Source: a virus (Duplodnaviria; Caudoviricetes). Taken from it: a stretch of DNA of 64,000 nucleotides. The stretch is from positions 9,152-73,151 of IMG/VR virus record IMGVR_UViG_3300014205_000213; one strand, 5' to 3'. The notes below the pieces were generated by a model that saw only the letters and a program-made list of their open reading frames with translations, was not told the origin of the DNA and did not search any database. Position 1 is the stretch's first letter, and every line of letters starts with the position of its first letter. The position numbers and the translations under genes were made by a program. Of this stretch, positions 18,887 through 27,950 are shown one piece after another.

Positions 18887-19412
18887 TTATAACTTGTGCA
18901 ATTAGTATGTCATTAGGAACTTCACCGAAATCATAAGTTATCTTGTATTTAGGATTAATAGAATGTATGTATTCTTCAATATCACATATACAATAAGGAA
19001 ACTTAAACCACTCCTTTTCTCTTTCTTTAATCAATCGAATATCGTCAATTAGAATGGTATGAGTTTTTATGTGATGATTACCTATTATCTTTAATTCATC
19101 CATTAATGGAGAAGTATTTTGTTCCCCTCCTGAACCTCCACCACAATAGTGTGCGTCTAACCAAAAAGTACAAGGTTCGTCAATACCACTTAATATCTGT
19201 GGTAAAATGACTAACGAATCCCCATGATATAATTTTACTCTCCTCTTTCTATTGCCATAGCGATTCTTACAAATAAGATAACAGGGTTCAAATACCTCAA
19301 TAGAATGTATCTTTGGAAATTTGGCCTGCAGTGCAGCATGAATCCCTTCTCCTCCAGCTGATCCCGTTTCAATAAAGATGTTATTCATATATGGCTTAAA
19401 ATTCCTTTTCAT
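18870..19412 (-). CDS. Class I SAM-dependent methyltransferase-like protein
   Basis: FIETG, SIE, LYHGDS, FWLDAH, ILIDD pattern. Confidence 0.65.
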   Translation of the reverse strand: MKRNFKPYMNNIFIETGSAGGEGIHAALQAKFPKIHSIEVFEPCYLICKNRYGNRKRRVKLYHGDSLVILPQILSGIDEPCTFWLDAHYCGGGSGGEQNTSPLMDELKIIGNHHIKTHTILIDDIRLIKEREKEWFKFPYCICDIEEYIHSINPKYKITYDFGEVPNDILIAQVINEGDI

Positions 19413-20056
19413 AATTTACCTTCCTTTCTATATAGGGCATCCCCCCAATGTGCCTTTGTCATTTTTGTAACAACCCTTTTAAAATTGAAATTATTTAGAT
19501 ATGCATCTATTTCTGAAATCAAAGCACATTCTTTCCTTACATACTCATCACAAACCTCAGAATAAATGTAATCCAATTTCCTAATTGAGTCTCCTAAACT
19601 TTTTAATACATTCAATTCAGTACCCTCAACATCAACATTTAAAAAATTATAATCCGAAATATCCCTACCACTGTACTCAAAAAAATCATCCAGTCTCGTC
19701 AACCTGATTACCTGATCTCTCACATACCGAACTTGTGGATGATATTTTTTATGTGTTCCTAAAGCCAATAATGAAGAGCTTTGTCCCTCATTATTTGCAA
19801 TATGTAAATTAGCCTTTTTTAATGTATCGTGAATCCCAATATTAAAAAATTCATTATTTTTTAATTCACATATTCTCTTTTCCAAGATAGGGATTAACTC
19901 TACATTTGGTTCAAACCATAACACCTTTGTAAAACCGTATTGTTGGTACCACTCACACTCCTCTCCAATATTGGCTCCAACATGAATGGCTCCTCTACAA
20001 GGCTTATCTAAATACTTATGAAGATCTGTTATTAGCATAATTATATTCTTATCCAA
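19409..20056 (-). CDS. FkbM-family methyltransferase
   Basis: IHVGANIG, WFEPN, TRLD, NVDVEGTELNVL. Confidence 0.85.
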   Translation of the reverse strand: MDKNIIMLITDLHKYLDKPCRGAIHVGANIGEECEWYQQYGFTKVLWFEPNVELIPILEKRICELKNNEFFNIGIHDTLKKANLHIANNEGQSSSLLALGTHKKYHPQVRYVRDQVIRLTRLDDFFEYSGRDISDYNFLNVDVEGTELNVLKSLGDSIRKLDYIYSEVCDEYVRKECALISEIDAYLNNFNFKRVVTKMTKAHWGDALYRKEGKL

Positions 20057-20829
20057 TGTTCTGGTATAAATCCCTGTTCCTTAATTTTCTCTTCCTGATC
20101 ATCTCTTAACCTCCACCTCAACGGAGCCATGGTCATTCCATTATAAATATCACCCACCATTGCCGCCCACCAGCTAAATGTACTGTTTGCAACAATCTTA
20201 TGAGGACATAATCGCATCAAATCAAAAGATAGGTAATCAACTTCGTTGACAAAGACAAAATGACTTCCTATAAAATTTTCCTTACACCAAGTAACATCAT
20301 CAGAAAAGACGTAAACCTTCCCTTCCACCTTTTTTTCAACAAGCATGTCTAATGCCTTAGCATAATATTCTATTGGTAATAAATGATGTCCTTTAGTCAA
20401 GTAATCCCCCCGACGAACATGTAATGCAATAGACTCACTACAGACTATCTGTTCTTTCAATTCAAGATACCTTTCGGTATATAATTTTGGACGAACTTTA
20501 AAGTGCTCTCTTAATAAGGGTAAAACATTTTGTACATACCCTTGATGTTGCCAATAACCAAAGAAGTTGACATCTTCCATGGTTAGGTATTCTGGATTAA
20601 ATGTATAGCCTTCTGAATCGGATTCATGAATAGTTTTTTTGTTCATAAATCCTCCAACCGAAATATCTGTCCTAAACTTATTTAACGCAAAGGGACGTGG
20701 AGGATCCGCTGGTTTTGCAAACCAAGATAGATCATAACAAACCTTAATTCCATTTGCCTCCATTGATTTACCAAAGGCATACTGGAACATTTGATTTCCT
20801 AATCCCGCATATATTTTTACAACATTCAT
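20041..20829 (-). CDS. Alpha-1,2-fucosyltransferase-like (GT11)
   Basis: GLGNQMFQYA, HVRRGDY, VFSDD, ANSTFSWWAA. Confidence 0.9.
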   Translation of the reverse strand: MNVVKIYAGLGNQMFQYAFGKSMEANGIKVCYDLSWFAKPADPPRPFALNKFRTDISVGGFMNKKTIHESDSEGYTFNPEYLTMEDVNFFGYWQHQGYVQNVLPLLREHFKVRPKLYTERYLELKEQIVCSESIALHVRRGDYLTKGHHLLPIEYYAKALDMLVEKKVEGKVYVFSDDVTWCKENFIGSHFVFVNEVDYLSFDLMRLCPHKIVANSTFSWWAAMVGDIYNGMTMAPLRWRLRDDQEEKIKEQGFIPEHWIRI

Positions 20830-21521
20830 TGAAGTAATTCTTTAACTGTGGTTTTCCTGAATTCAATAATTGCACTATCAGGACATGCATTAATGATCTC
20901 AACTCCTATCTTTTTAGCGTCCTCTGCAATGTACTTAAACCTCCTTAAAAATTTATCAAAGGGCAATCCCATTCTTCTTCGTTCCTCAACAATCTTACCC
21001 CTCAAATATATATCATGCCAATGTTGGTAGTCCTCTTTACTTAATTTCATATCAAACCCCAACAAAATAATTCTCTTGGCTCCTAAATGTACGGCTAAAT
21101 TAATTGCCGCCGAACCTGAATTCCCATTCCAACTTACCTTGTTAGGATGTTGACTTAACCCTCGTGGATGTTCCTTGTCTTTATCAACATACTTAATCCA
21201 CTTCTGTTTATTCTGATGTGGTTCACATGTAACCTTTACTCCAGGGAATTTGGATAATTCGTTTACATACCTCAAATAAAATCCAGTGTCTCCATAAAAA
21301 ACCATGTCAATCCAATCCCCTATCATAAAAGCCACATTAACTCCTATTACATGTTTGTCATGTATTCCTTTCATGTATGGAGAGTAGACGCTGGGTGGGG
21401 AAGTCCTATCAGTAACACTCTTAACAACTTCAACAGGTATGTCAAATTGTTCAGTTACGGAAGGACCTCCTCCAATGATCCATACGTCACCACCATCCCA
21501 TATTTTAGGAATAGTCCACAT
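20826..21521 (-). CDS. DUF115/Maf-like (MptE-like) putative glycosyltransferase
   Basis: VWIIGGGPS, IGVN, NSGSAAINLAVHLGAKRIILLGFDM. Confidence 0.65.
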   Translation of the reverse strand: MWTIPKIWDGGDVWIIGGGPSVTEQFDIPVEVVKSVTDRTSPPSVYSPYMKGIHDKHVIGVNVAFMIGDWIDMVFYGDTGFYLRYVNELSKFPGVKVTCEPHQNKQKWIKYVDKDKEHPRGLSQHPNKVSWNGNSGSAAINLAVHLGAKRIILLGFDMKLSKEDYQHWHDIYLRGKIVEERRRMGLPFDKFLRRFKYIAEDAKKIGVEIINACPDSAIIEFRKTTVKELLQ

Positions 21522-21522
21522 T

Positions 21523-21882
21523 TTATTCAGTCAAGGTTTCAATGAACTTGTCAGCCTTCTCCTTTGTCAACCCTTTCTCATTGAGCTTCTTCCCTTTCCC
21601 ATTAAATACATCCCATACTCCCTCTTCATCCTCTCTCTCCTTTGCTTCGAAGGTAGGGAGGCTTCCAAGCATCTCTTTGTACTCCTGTATGGCCTTTGCA
21701 TCAATTTTAATAATAACATCACGGAAGGCTTCGGGTACTTCTTCCTCGGTTGCTTCAAACACCTGATTCGGCTTGATTATCTTTTTTGATCCTTTTATTA
21801 CCAGGCGGCAACCTCCACCACCTATTTTCCTCCAACGATAAATTTCATTGGGTTCTTCTGATTTTTTATTTTTTCTTTCCAT
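21523..21882 (-). CDS. Hypothetical protein (post-capsid)
   Basis: 119 aa ORF tiling the operon. Confidence 0.6.
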   Translation of the reverse strand: MERKNKKSEEPNEIYRWRKIGGGGCRLVIKGSKKIIKPNQVFEATEEEVPEAFRDVIIKIDAKAIQEYKEMLGSLPTFEAKEREDEEGVWDVFNGKGKKLNEKGLTKEKADKFIETLTE

Positions 21883-21895
21883 AATCGTATAAATT

Positions 21896-21916
21896 AAAAA
21901 ATGACTTGATTAGTCA
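21896..21916 (-). terminator. Short hairpin/attenuator after capsid gene (TGACT-AATCA-AGTCA then U6)
   Basis: 5 bp stem, AATCA loop, T6 tail directly after the capsid stop. Confidence 0.45.
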
Positions 21917-21923
21917 ATAATTT

Positions 21924-23039
21924 TTAAGCCATGTGGATAATACCACAACGACCGTTCTGATCTGACCTGATCTGAGGAACCTGAATGGTCATTACTTTGA
22001 ATTTAGTAATCATCCCTCCTTCTTCCCCCCACTGAATATTCTGGAGACCTAAACCACGTACAAGACGTACAGTCTCTTTATTCATCTCAACAAGAAGAAC
22101 GTTATCAGCCGGCAGAGAATCAACAACCTTTATACCTTCTATCTTGGAAATCTTCAAAATCCTTTCACGGATTGTTGTTCCAGGAGTAGTGGCATCGTAA
22201 TCCTCATCAATGACTGTCTCATAATTGGAAGGGATGTATAACATCCAAGGACCATAATGATAATCATTAAGACTTAGTTGCTTCATCTCCAAAACCTGGG
22301 AAACAATGGTGGCTCCGGGAGTTGCTAAATCGTCCCAATGAGTTCCAATTGCTTTGATATTCCTGTCCGGGAAATTGATGTAACTATAAATCTTGTTACG
22401 GCTTCTGCTATCCAGTTCACCAAATGCATAAGAGGTGTCCGTAAACAGCATGTTTTCCAATTTTTCAGCTACCTTCCTTGCAGCCCTTTCAGCTGAAGTT
22501 GTATCCAGGGGATTCCCCATATTACGGCTGGCAGCCAATACCCTTGCGTTAATCTCATAATCAACGTGTATGATAGGTATCGGCAAGTAGTTATGCTGGT
22601 AAACAGGACGATCCCCCTTTGAACGTGTAATTCCGTCCATTGTGAGATCAGCCTCAAAAGCATCACTTACATCATGCCATTCAAGAACGGTTGTTGCCAT
22701 TGCATTCCCAAGATTGTAAGTCAGGCCTTTTTCAATAAGATCCTGAACACCATTCAACCGGTAACGAGCAACATCCATAACAGCTTCATCAAGAGCCTTC
22801 CACTCATCCCTCTGGAGAGTAGCAGTTGCGTTTGTCTGTAACGGAACAGCCTTATAACTTTCTTTCTTAGTCGGGTCACCCGTACATACAGTCATGTAGG
22901 CTATTCCAGTTGTTAAGTCGATGAAGGGTTTCATCCTCCCTACGTCAAGGCGACCTCTGTTTGCCAACATGTTGGCTACAACACCCATCGTCCTTCCATC
23001 GGCTCCAATAAGGTCAACTTTAGCACCTGTGCGTTTCAT
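21924..23039 (-). CDS. Major capsid protein (HK97 fold, encapsulin/linocin-like)
   Basis: 371 aa; strong SD; position after decoration gene; LPIPIIHVDYEINARVL, AARKVAEKLENMLF. Confidence 0.85.
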   Translation of the reverse strand: MKRTGAKVDLIGADGRTMGVVANMLANRGRLDVGRMKPFIDLTTGIAYMTVCTGDPTKKESYKAVPLQTNATATLQRDEWKALDEAVMDVARYRLNGVQDLIEKGLTYNLGNAMATTVLEWHDVSDAFEADLTMDGITRSKGDRPVYQHNYLPIPIIHVDYEINARVLAASRNMGNPLDTTSAERAARKVAEKLENMLFTDTSYAFGELDSRSRNKIYSYINFPDRNIKAIGTHWDDLATPGATIVSQVLEMKQLSLNDYHYGPWMLYIPSNYETVIDEDYDATTPGTTIRERILKISKIEGIKVVDSLPADNVLLVEMNKETVRLVRGLGLQNIQWGEEGGMITKFKVMTIQVPQIRSDQNGRCGIIHMA

Positions 23040-23068
23040 ATAACTTTCCTCCTTTTTTTATGTTATAA

Positions 23069-23524
23069 CTAAATTATTTGAATAAGAACACGAGGATTGT
23101 AATATGCTCCACCTTCACTGGATTCAGAACCTTCAGGAAGGCTAGAAAGATTCACTGCCTCAACAGCAACACCAACAATAACTCCGCTGGTGTATTCCTG
23201 TACTTTTCCTTCCCCATTGGACTCAACAAAGTCACCAATAGCAATATTGGCTTCATCTTCCAGTAAAGCGTATACAATATCTCCACGTCCAGGTATCCAA
23301 ACCTGTACCTGATCTCCAGCGGCATAATCATCATTAATCCCATTCCCCTGAAGTTCATCCTCAATCGCAAACATGAACGCATGCTTTCCAGCAGCAGTAG
23401 CATGTTCCTTTACAGTACCGGTACTGGTAAATTCCAGTAACGAACCGGGTGTAATTGCAGCATTAGCAACCTTCTCAATACGAACGTTTGAGTAGTTTGT
23501 TACTTTGATAGTATTTTTTGCCAT
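23069..23524 (-). CDS. Capsid decoration/cement protein
   Basis: 151 aa between protease and capsid; AITPGSLLE..., YAAGDQV motifs. Confidence 0.65.
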   Translation of the reverse strand: MAKNTIKVTNYSNVRIEKVANAAITPGSLLEFTSTGTVKEHATAAGKHAFMFAIEDELQGNGINDDYAAGDQVQVWIPGRGDIVYALLEDEANIAIGDFVESNGEGKVQEYTSGVIVGVAVEAVNLSSLPEGSESSEGGAYYNPRVLIQII

Positions 23525-23538
23525 ATCGTTCTCCTTTC

Positions 23539-24012
23539 TTATTTACTATCAACAAATTTAACATCTGTAGGATATAAAGGTTCAACCCCACTGTCCTCGT
23601 TGACATGTAGTTCAGCACCTGCTCCTAAGGAATAATCTGCTGGAGCCTCATCCTCTTTCTTAACAGAGTTGAAGATCCTCTCAAGGTGTTCTTCACTCAT
23701 AGTAACCAGTACATCATCAGGCCACAGTTCCTTACTGGTATTTGCCTGAATCCCTTTAACCAAATTCTCCCGCCTCAGTTTCATCTGCTTCTTACCATAG
23801 GCAAGTGCTGCAGCATCTTCTGGAGCAAGTTTGTTCACATCGATTGTTTTCTCAACCGTCTTCTCGATCACCTTTGGGGTGAGTCTGTCAAGAACGGATT
23901 CTTCCTGAGTCATCAACCATTCCCGATCTGCTTCTTTCCAGCCAGAGTCCTTATTTGAAATCAAGGCTTCGACCTTTGCAAGGCAGTTGGGACAATTTTT
24001 CGCATTTGACAT
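23539..24012 (-). CDS. Nested scaffold protein from internal ATG (MSNAKNCPNC...)
   Basis: AAAAAGGAGG 8 nt upstream of an in-frame ATG at 24012. Confidence 0.6.
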   Translation of the reverse strand: MSNAKNCPNCLAKVEALISNKDSGWKEADREWLMTQEESVLDRLTPKVIEKTVEKTIDVNKLAPEDAAALAYGKKQMKLRRENLVKGIQANTSKELWPDDVLVTMSEEHLERIFNSVKKEDEAPADYSLGAGAELHVNEDSGVEPLYPTDVKFVDSK

Positions 24013-25137
24013 AGTTTTGTCCTCCTTTTTATGATTAATACTAAACTTAGTTCGCTGAACCGTGTTTGCCACGTATTCAACCTTTTTACGCACTTCTTCA
24101 GGATCTCCACTCAATTCAATAACCCCGCTATTGAAAGAGTAACCCTGTTTGTACATCTTGGATTCGCCAACCCTAAAATGAACAGCATAAACCAAATAAT
24201 CCTCATACACCTCTTCAAGCATATGATAACTATCATTGGTATCCATACCATCCAATTTACGACGAGCGGCGTCTACAAGTTCTTTGTACCCCTCATTCGC
24301 GATGACTCCCTGCATCTGGGATACAGCATAGCCCTCGGCGTTTAAGGTTCTCATCGTTTGAAACACTTCTTTTTTCACATTTTTTCCTCCTTTCTTATTG
24401 TTAGAACGAAGCCCACAACCATCCTCTACAGAACAAGCACCTGTCCCGCCGGGCAAGAGAGCCAAATGATCTGGCCTGTGATTCCTGGCTATCGCTTCAT
24501 ACGTTTCACCTTCCCATTCCCCTTCAACTTCTTCCTCTTCATTAAATACACCCACACTCACTTCCACTACCTCTCTCTTATTTATCATCGCAAGTGTCGG
24601 GGAGTGCACTTGCCTTAATTTCTCTTCATCAATCCAAACTTCAGCCTTGAGTTTATTACCATCAACATGTGTATGATACACACGCCCAACAACTCTACTA
24701 TCAACTATGTCAGGGGCATTGGCCGAAACATTCTGTCCATCCACCTCAGGATGATCTACAATGACAGGAATACCATCCCAAGCTCCAGGAAATTTACCAA
24801 GTTCGGCTATGGTGTGTAATAATGGACCATGACTACCATTATGTACACCTTCCACCATCATTGTTACTGGAATAACCAAGTGCTTTTTTCCTTGATGCTG
24901 AGCAACAACAACTGTGTACGCTTCCTCAATTTCAACTGTATGTATAGAGAAATTCATATCCGTATTCCCTACAACACCATTTGCCTGCCTAATTGCTGAG
25001 GCATCACATTCACTTTCAGGCTTACCTTTTTTCAAACAAGCAGCACGAGCTGAATTTGCGACTTCCACCCAACGCTTCTTTTGAGCATCAGTTAGTCCTT
25101 TTTTGTGTTTATCAACATCTTTAACGGTCCATGGCAT
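23539..25137 (-). CDS. Prohead protease/scaffold (DUF2213-like) with ChaB-like N-terminus
   Basis: EVSVG, NHRPDHLALLPGGTGACS; N-terminal MPWT...AQKKRWVEVANS; acidic/helical C-terminal scaffold. Confidence 0.75.
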   Translation of the reverse strand: MPWTVKDVDKHKKGLTDAQKKRWVEVANSARAACLKKGKPESECDASAIRQANGVVGNTDMNFSIHTVEIEEAYTVVVAQHQGKKHLVIPVTMMVEGVHNGSHGPLLHTIAELGKFPGAWDGIPVIVDHPEVDGQNVSANAPDIVDSRVVGRVYHTHVDGNKLKAEVWIDEEKLRQVHSPTLAMINKREVVEVSVGVFNEEEEVEGEWEGETYEAIARNHRPDHLALLPGGTGACSVEDGCGLRSNNKKGGKNVKKEVFQTMRTLNAEGYAVSQMQGVIANEGYKELVDAARRKLDGMDTNDSYHMLEEVYEDYLVYAVHFRVGESKMYKQGYSFNSGVIELSGDPEEVRKKVEYVANTVQRTKFSINHKKEDKTMSNAKNCPNCLAKVEALISNKDSGWKEADREWLMTQEESVLDRLTPKVIEKTVEKTIDVNKLAPEDAAALAYGKKQMKLRRENLVKGIQANTSKELWPDDVLVTMSEEHLERIFNSVKKEDEAPADYSLGAGAELHVNEDSGVEPLYPTDVKFVDSK

Positions 25138-25156
25138 AACTTTGTCCTCCTATATT

Positions 25157-26110
25157 TTATTCATATTTAACCAAATCCTCAAAATATGGTAAAGCCATAC
25201 ACCTACAATCCGGGTGTAATGGAATCATATATTCAATTTCATCAAGTGTAAATATCTTTCCTTCCATTGAGGCACATTTTGGACACACTCTATTATCTCC
25301 TGCCGTTATCCATTCACCCTTTACAGTAACTCCAAGAACACCCCAATTCCTGTATTCCTGTATTGTTGCTAAATGATGTGCTCGTATAATTCCAGTACGT
25401 GATAATAATGTTGCTCTTTGTAAGGCAGGGATAAAACGCCCTATGCTATCCTTTAGGGCAAGATCACCTAAGTTGGATCCGTTTATAGCGGCAACAAGTT
25501 TGCGGGCGAGCAAGGCAGGCCCATCACCATCTGCCAAGCCCTGTGCTAATATTCTACTAATAATTGTATCCATATCAGCCGTTATACCCTTTAAATCACT
25601 GTATGCCCTGGCAAATATTAAACCAAGACGATCAATATGAAAGGGTAGACCCATAACAATATCAATACCTCCAGACTCATCAATGCTCTTAACGTCAAAC
25701 CCAGCCTTTCTCATTTCATACCTGGCACGTATAACACCCCTCTTATAAGAGTCAAACAGATAAATGTTCATCCAGTTATCTTCAACAGGTCTTCCTATCT
25801 GTCGTAAATGCCCTACCTCCAATATGCCATTATCTACTTGTTCATTTAACCACTTCATAAAAGCCTCCAGCTTGTCAGCATTCCTTGCATAGTTAAACTG
25901 TTGCCAACTTGGAGGAGTCATTTGATGTAACACTAATTTATCTTTAGACAAACCAAAACAATCCTGTCTTACAATAGCAACGACAACCAACAACAACAAT
26001 TCATTAAATCGTTGTTTCATAGCGTTGGAAAAAACTTTCCTCAACGTCGTTGTGTGCGTTGGATCATAGCTTTTGACAAGGCCTTTTGATATGGTTATCT
26101 CCTCTATCAT
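25157..26110 (-). CDS. Head morphogenesis protein (SPP1 gp7/MuF-like)
   Basis: WITAGDNRVCPKC and PLHPDCRC motifs. Confidence 0.85.
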   Translation of the reverse strand: MIEEITISKGLVKSYDPTHTTTLRKVFSNAMKQRFNELLLLVVVAIVRQDCFGLSKDKLVLHQMTPPSWQQFNYARNADKLEAFMKWLNEQVDNGILEVGHLRQIGRPVEDNWMNIYLFDSYKRGVIRARYEMRKAGFDVKSIDESGGIDIVMGLPFHIDRLGLIFARAYSDLKGITADMDTIISRILAQGLADGDGPALLARKLVAAINGSNLGDLALKDSIGRFIPALQRATLLSRTGIIRAHHLATIQEYRNWGVLGVTVKGEWITAGDNRVCPKCASMEGKIFTLDEIEYMIPLHPDCRCMALPYFEDLVKYE

Positions 26111-27576
26111 TCTTTCGTTGTTGACGTTGTTCGTTTCATCTTAGCCTCAGGTAATGCTGGGGTAACACTTGCTTTCGCTTCTGCCTCAAGTTTCAACATT
26201 TCCTTTATCTCTTCCATTATGTCGGACTTTTTCATCTGTTCCATAAGTTCAATCTGCTGTCTACTGAATCCTAAGAATTCCTGTAAGAATCCCGCCGGTG
26301 GAACAATAGCCATCTCCATAGGATTGTAAGAATACTCCCGTAAGGCACTTGCTCTTGCCTTTCCTATTTCAACTCTTTCTTTTTCACTTATTGCAAACAG
26401 ATCAGCCCAATCAACATTATATTCATCCGTTGGTGTTGGTAAAATATTTAATTCAATAAGTCTATCTATCAACGGTCTCATAATATGTGGCTCGGCAAAA
26501 TCCTCTCTTCGTGACTTCACATAAGTCTTCCATTCGTCAGAATCCTGTACACTTGACAATTCACCACGTTCACTTCCCGATAAAATACGTTTGGGAATTC
26601 CTTTATCCGCTGAAATTAATGTTAATTGAACATCCACATGGTTTTTTGGGTCACTAATTGTCTGTTGTAATTCCTTTAAAGTGATCCCTTCATTAACTAT
26701 TATCCTTCTCAAATAATTTTCATACTCATCTATCTGATCTACAAATTCCTCTTCTGCCTCAGGAGTCAATGTAAAGTCTTTATCAACAACTCCCTGGAAT
26801 CCAGGACGAGCACCTCTCCAAAACATTTCAGCATCACCTCCTACTATTTTGTCCAAATCCATCAATCTATTATAAATAGATTCTAATCTAGGTGAGCCAA
26901 ATACATCCGACTCCAAAGAACCATCAACAATATGGATAATTCTTGAGTAATGAACTTGCACAGTGATAGTTGATGTACTTACTCCATTTGACATATCAGC
27001 CACTTCAATTTCATACATTAAAGGTTTTCCATATCTTTTATTTTTTGGATTAGTAATGTATGAAGCTATTTTAGCACTCTTTTCACTGAAAGGCTTTAAA
27101 TATAAAAGTTTTCTTTTCCCTGGCTTAACTGGTTCTTTAAAACCTAATTGATTACTTACATCATCAAGCCCTAACAATATCACTCCATATCGACCGATAC
27201 CTGTTAACCTATCGGCACGAACAAGAATACTCTTAATATCAAGATTCCAATTCAATTTTCTCCAAGCCTTTTCAAAAGGAGTCTCTTCAGCTTCGTCTGT
27301 TTCAATAAGTTCCAAATCCCCTTGCCAAGTGGCATTAACAGGACGATCTATTACTGCTTTAGCAATGTCCTGACGGATGTACCTACCAAGATAATCTTCA
27401 AATTTTAAAGTATTGGCTGCTGGATACCCCAATGCTTTATAAATATCACGCGAACCATCATATTGGGTACCTAGTTTTGTAGCCAACATCATTCTACTGA
27501 CCAACTCACTGGCAAATGTTCTAATTTGACCACTATTGGTTAGAATAGATCTTCCCCCTTGAATTGTTCTTTTCAT
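26107..27576 (-). CDS. Portal protein (DUF1073-like)
   Basis: 489 aa; IAKAVIDRP, ADRLTGIGRYG, GIPKRILSG motifs; synteny. Confidence 0.85.
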   Translation of the reverse strand: MKRTIQGGRSILTNSGQIRTFASELVSRMMLATKLGTQYDGSRDIYKALGYPAANTLKFEDYLGRYIRQDIAKAVIDRPVNATWQGDLELIETDEAEETPFEKAWRKLNWNLDIKSILVRADRLTGIGRYGVILLGLDDVSNQLGFKEPVKPGKRKLLYLKPFSEKSAKIASYITNPKNKRYGKPLMYEIEVADMSNGVSTSTITVQVHYSRIIHIVDGSLESDVFGSPRLESIYNRLMDLDKIVGGDAEMFWRGARPGFQGVVDKDFTLTPEAEEEFVDQIDEYENYLRRIIVNEGITLKELQQTISDPKNHVDVQLTLISADKGIPKRILSGSERGELSSVQDSDEWKTYVKSRREDFAEPHIMRPLIDRLIELNILPTPTDEYNVDWADLFAISEKERVEIGKARASALREYSYNPMEMAIVPPAGFLQEFLGFSRQQIELMEQMKKSDIMEEIKEMLKLEAEAKASVTPALPEAKMKRTTSTTKE

Positions 27577-27950
27577 ATCCTTAATTTTATTCCGATTTGC
27601 AAACCATTGTTATATGTGATATACGGCGCATTGCTTTGAAAGATTTTCATTCCCATATAGACCAGCCCTGCACCGACAAAACCTCCAAACATGCTATTGC
27701 CTAAGTCCCTTAACTCAACCTTTCCACCTGTACCATAATCAATCAACTCCTTTCCTCCCGTTGCAAGTGCTGTTATACCTACCCCGATTAATGCTGACTT
27801 CTCAGGGGAATGCTCAAAGTAGATTGACCCGACCCATGTCCCCCATGCACCTGCCAATGTACCAACCATTAGATGCAGTTGCTTATCGTTTAGCTGTTGA
27901 GCTGTGCAATTAATGGCAATAAGGGATAATATGATTAAGATGTTTTTCAT
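27573..27950 (-). CDS. YfiM-like membrane protein
   Basis: Signal peptide; DKQLH...GKELIDY...DL...GG motif. Confidence 0.55.
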   Translation of the reverse strand: MKNILIILSLIAINCTAQQLNDKQLHLMVGTLAGAWGTWVGSIYFEHSPEKSALIGVGITALATGGKELIDYGTGGKVELRDLGNSMFGGFVGAGLVYMGMKIFQSNAPYITYNNGLQIGIKLRI

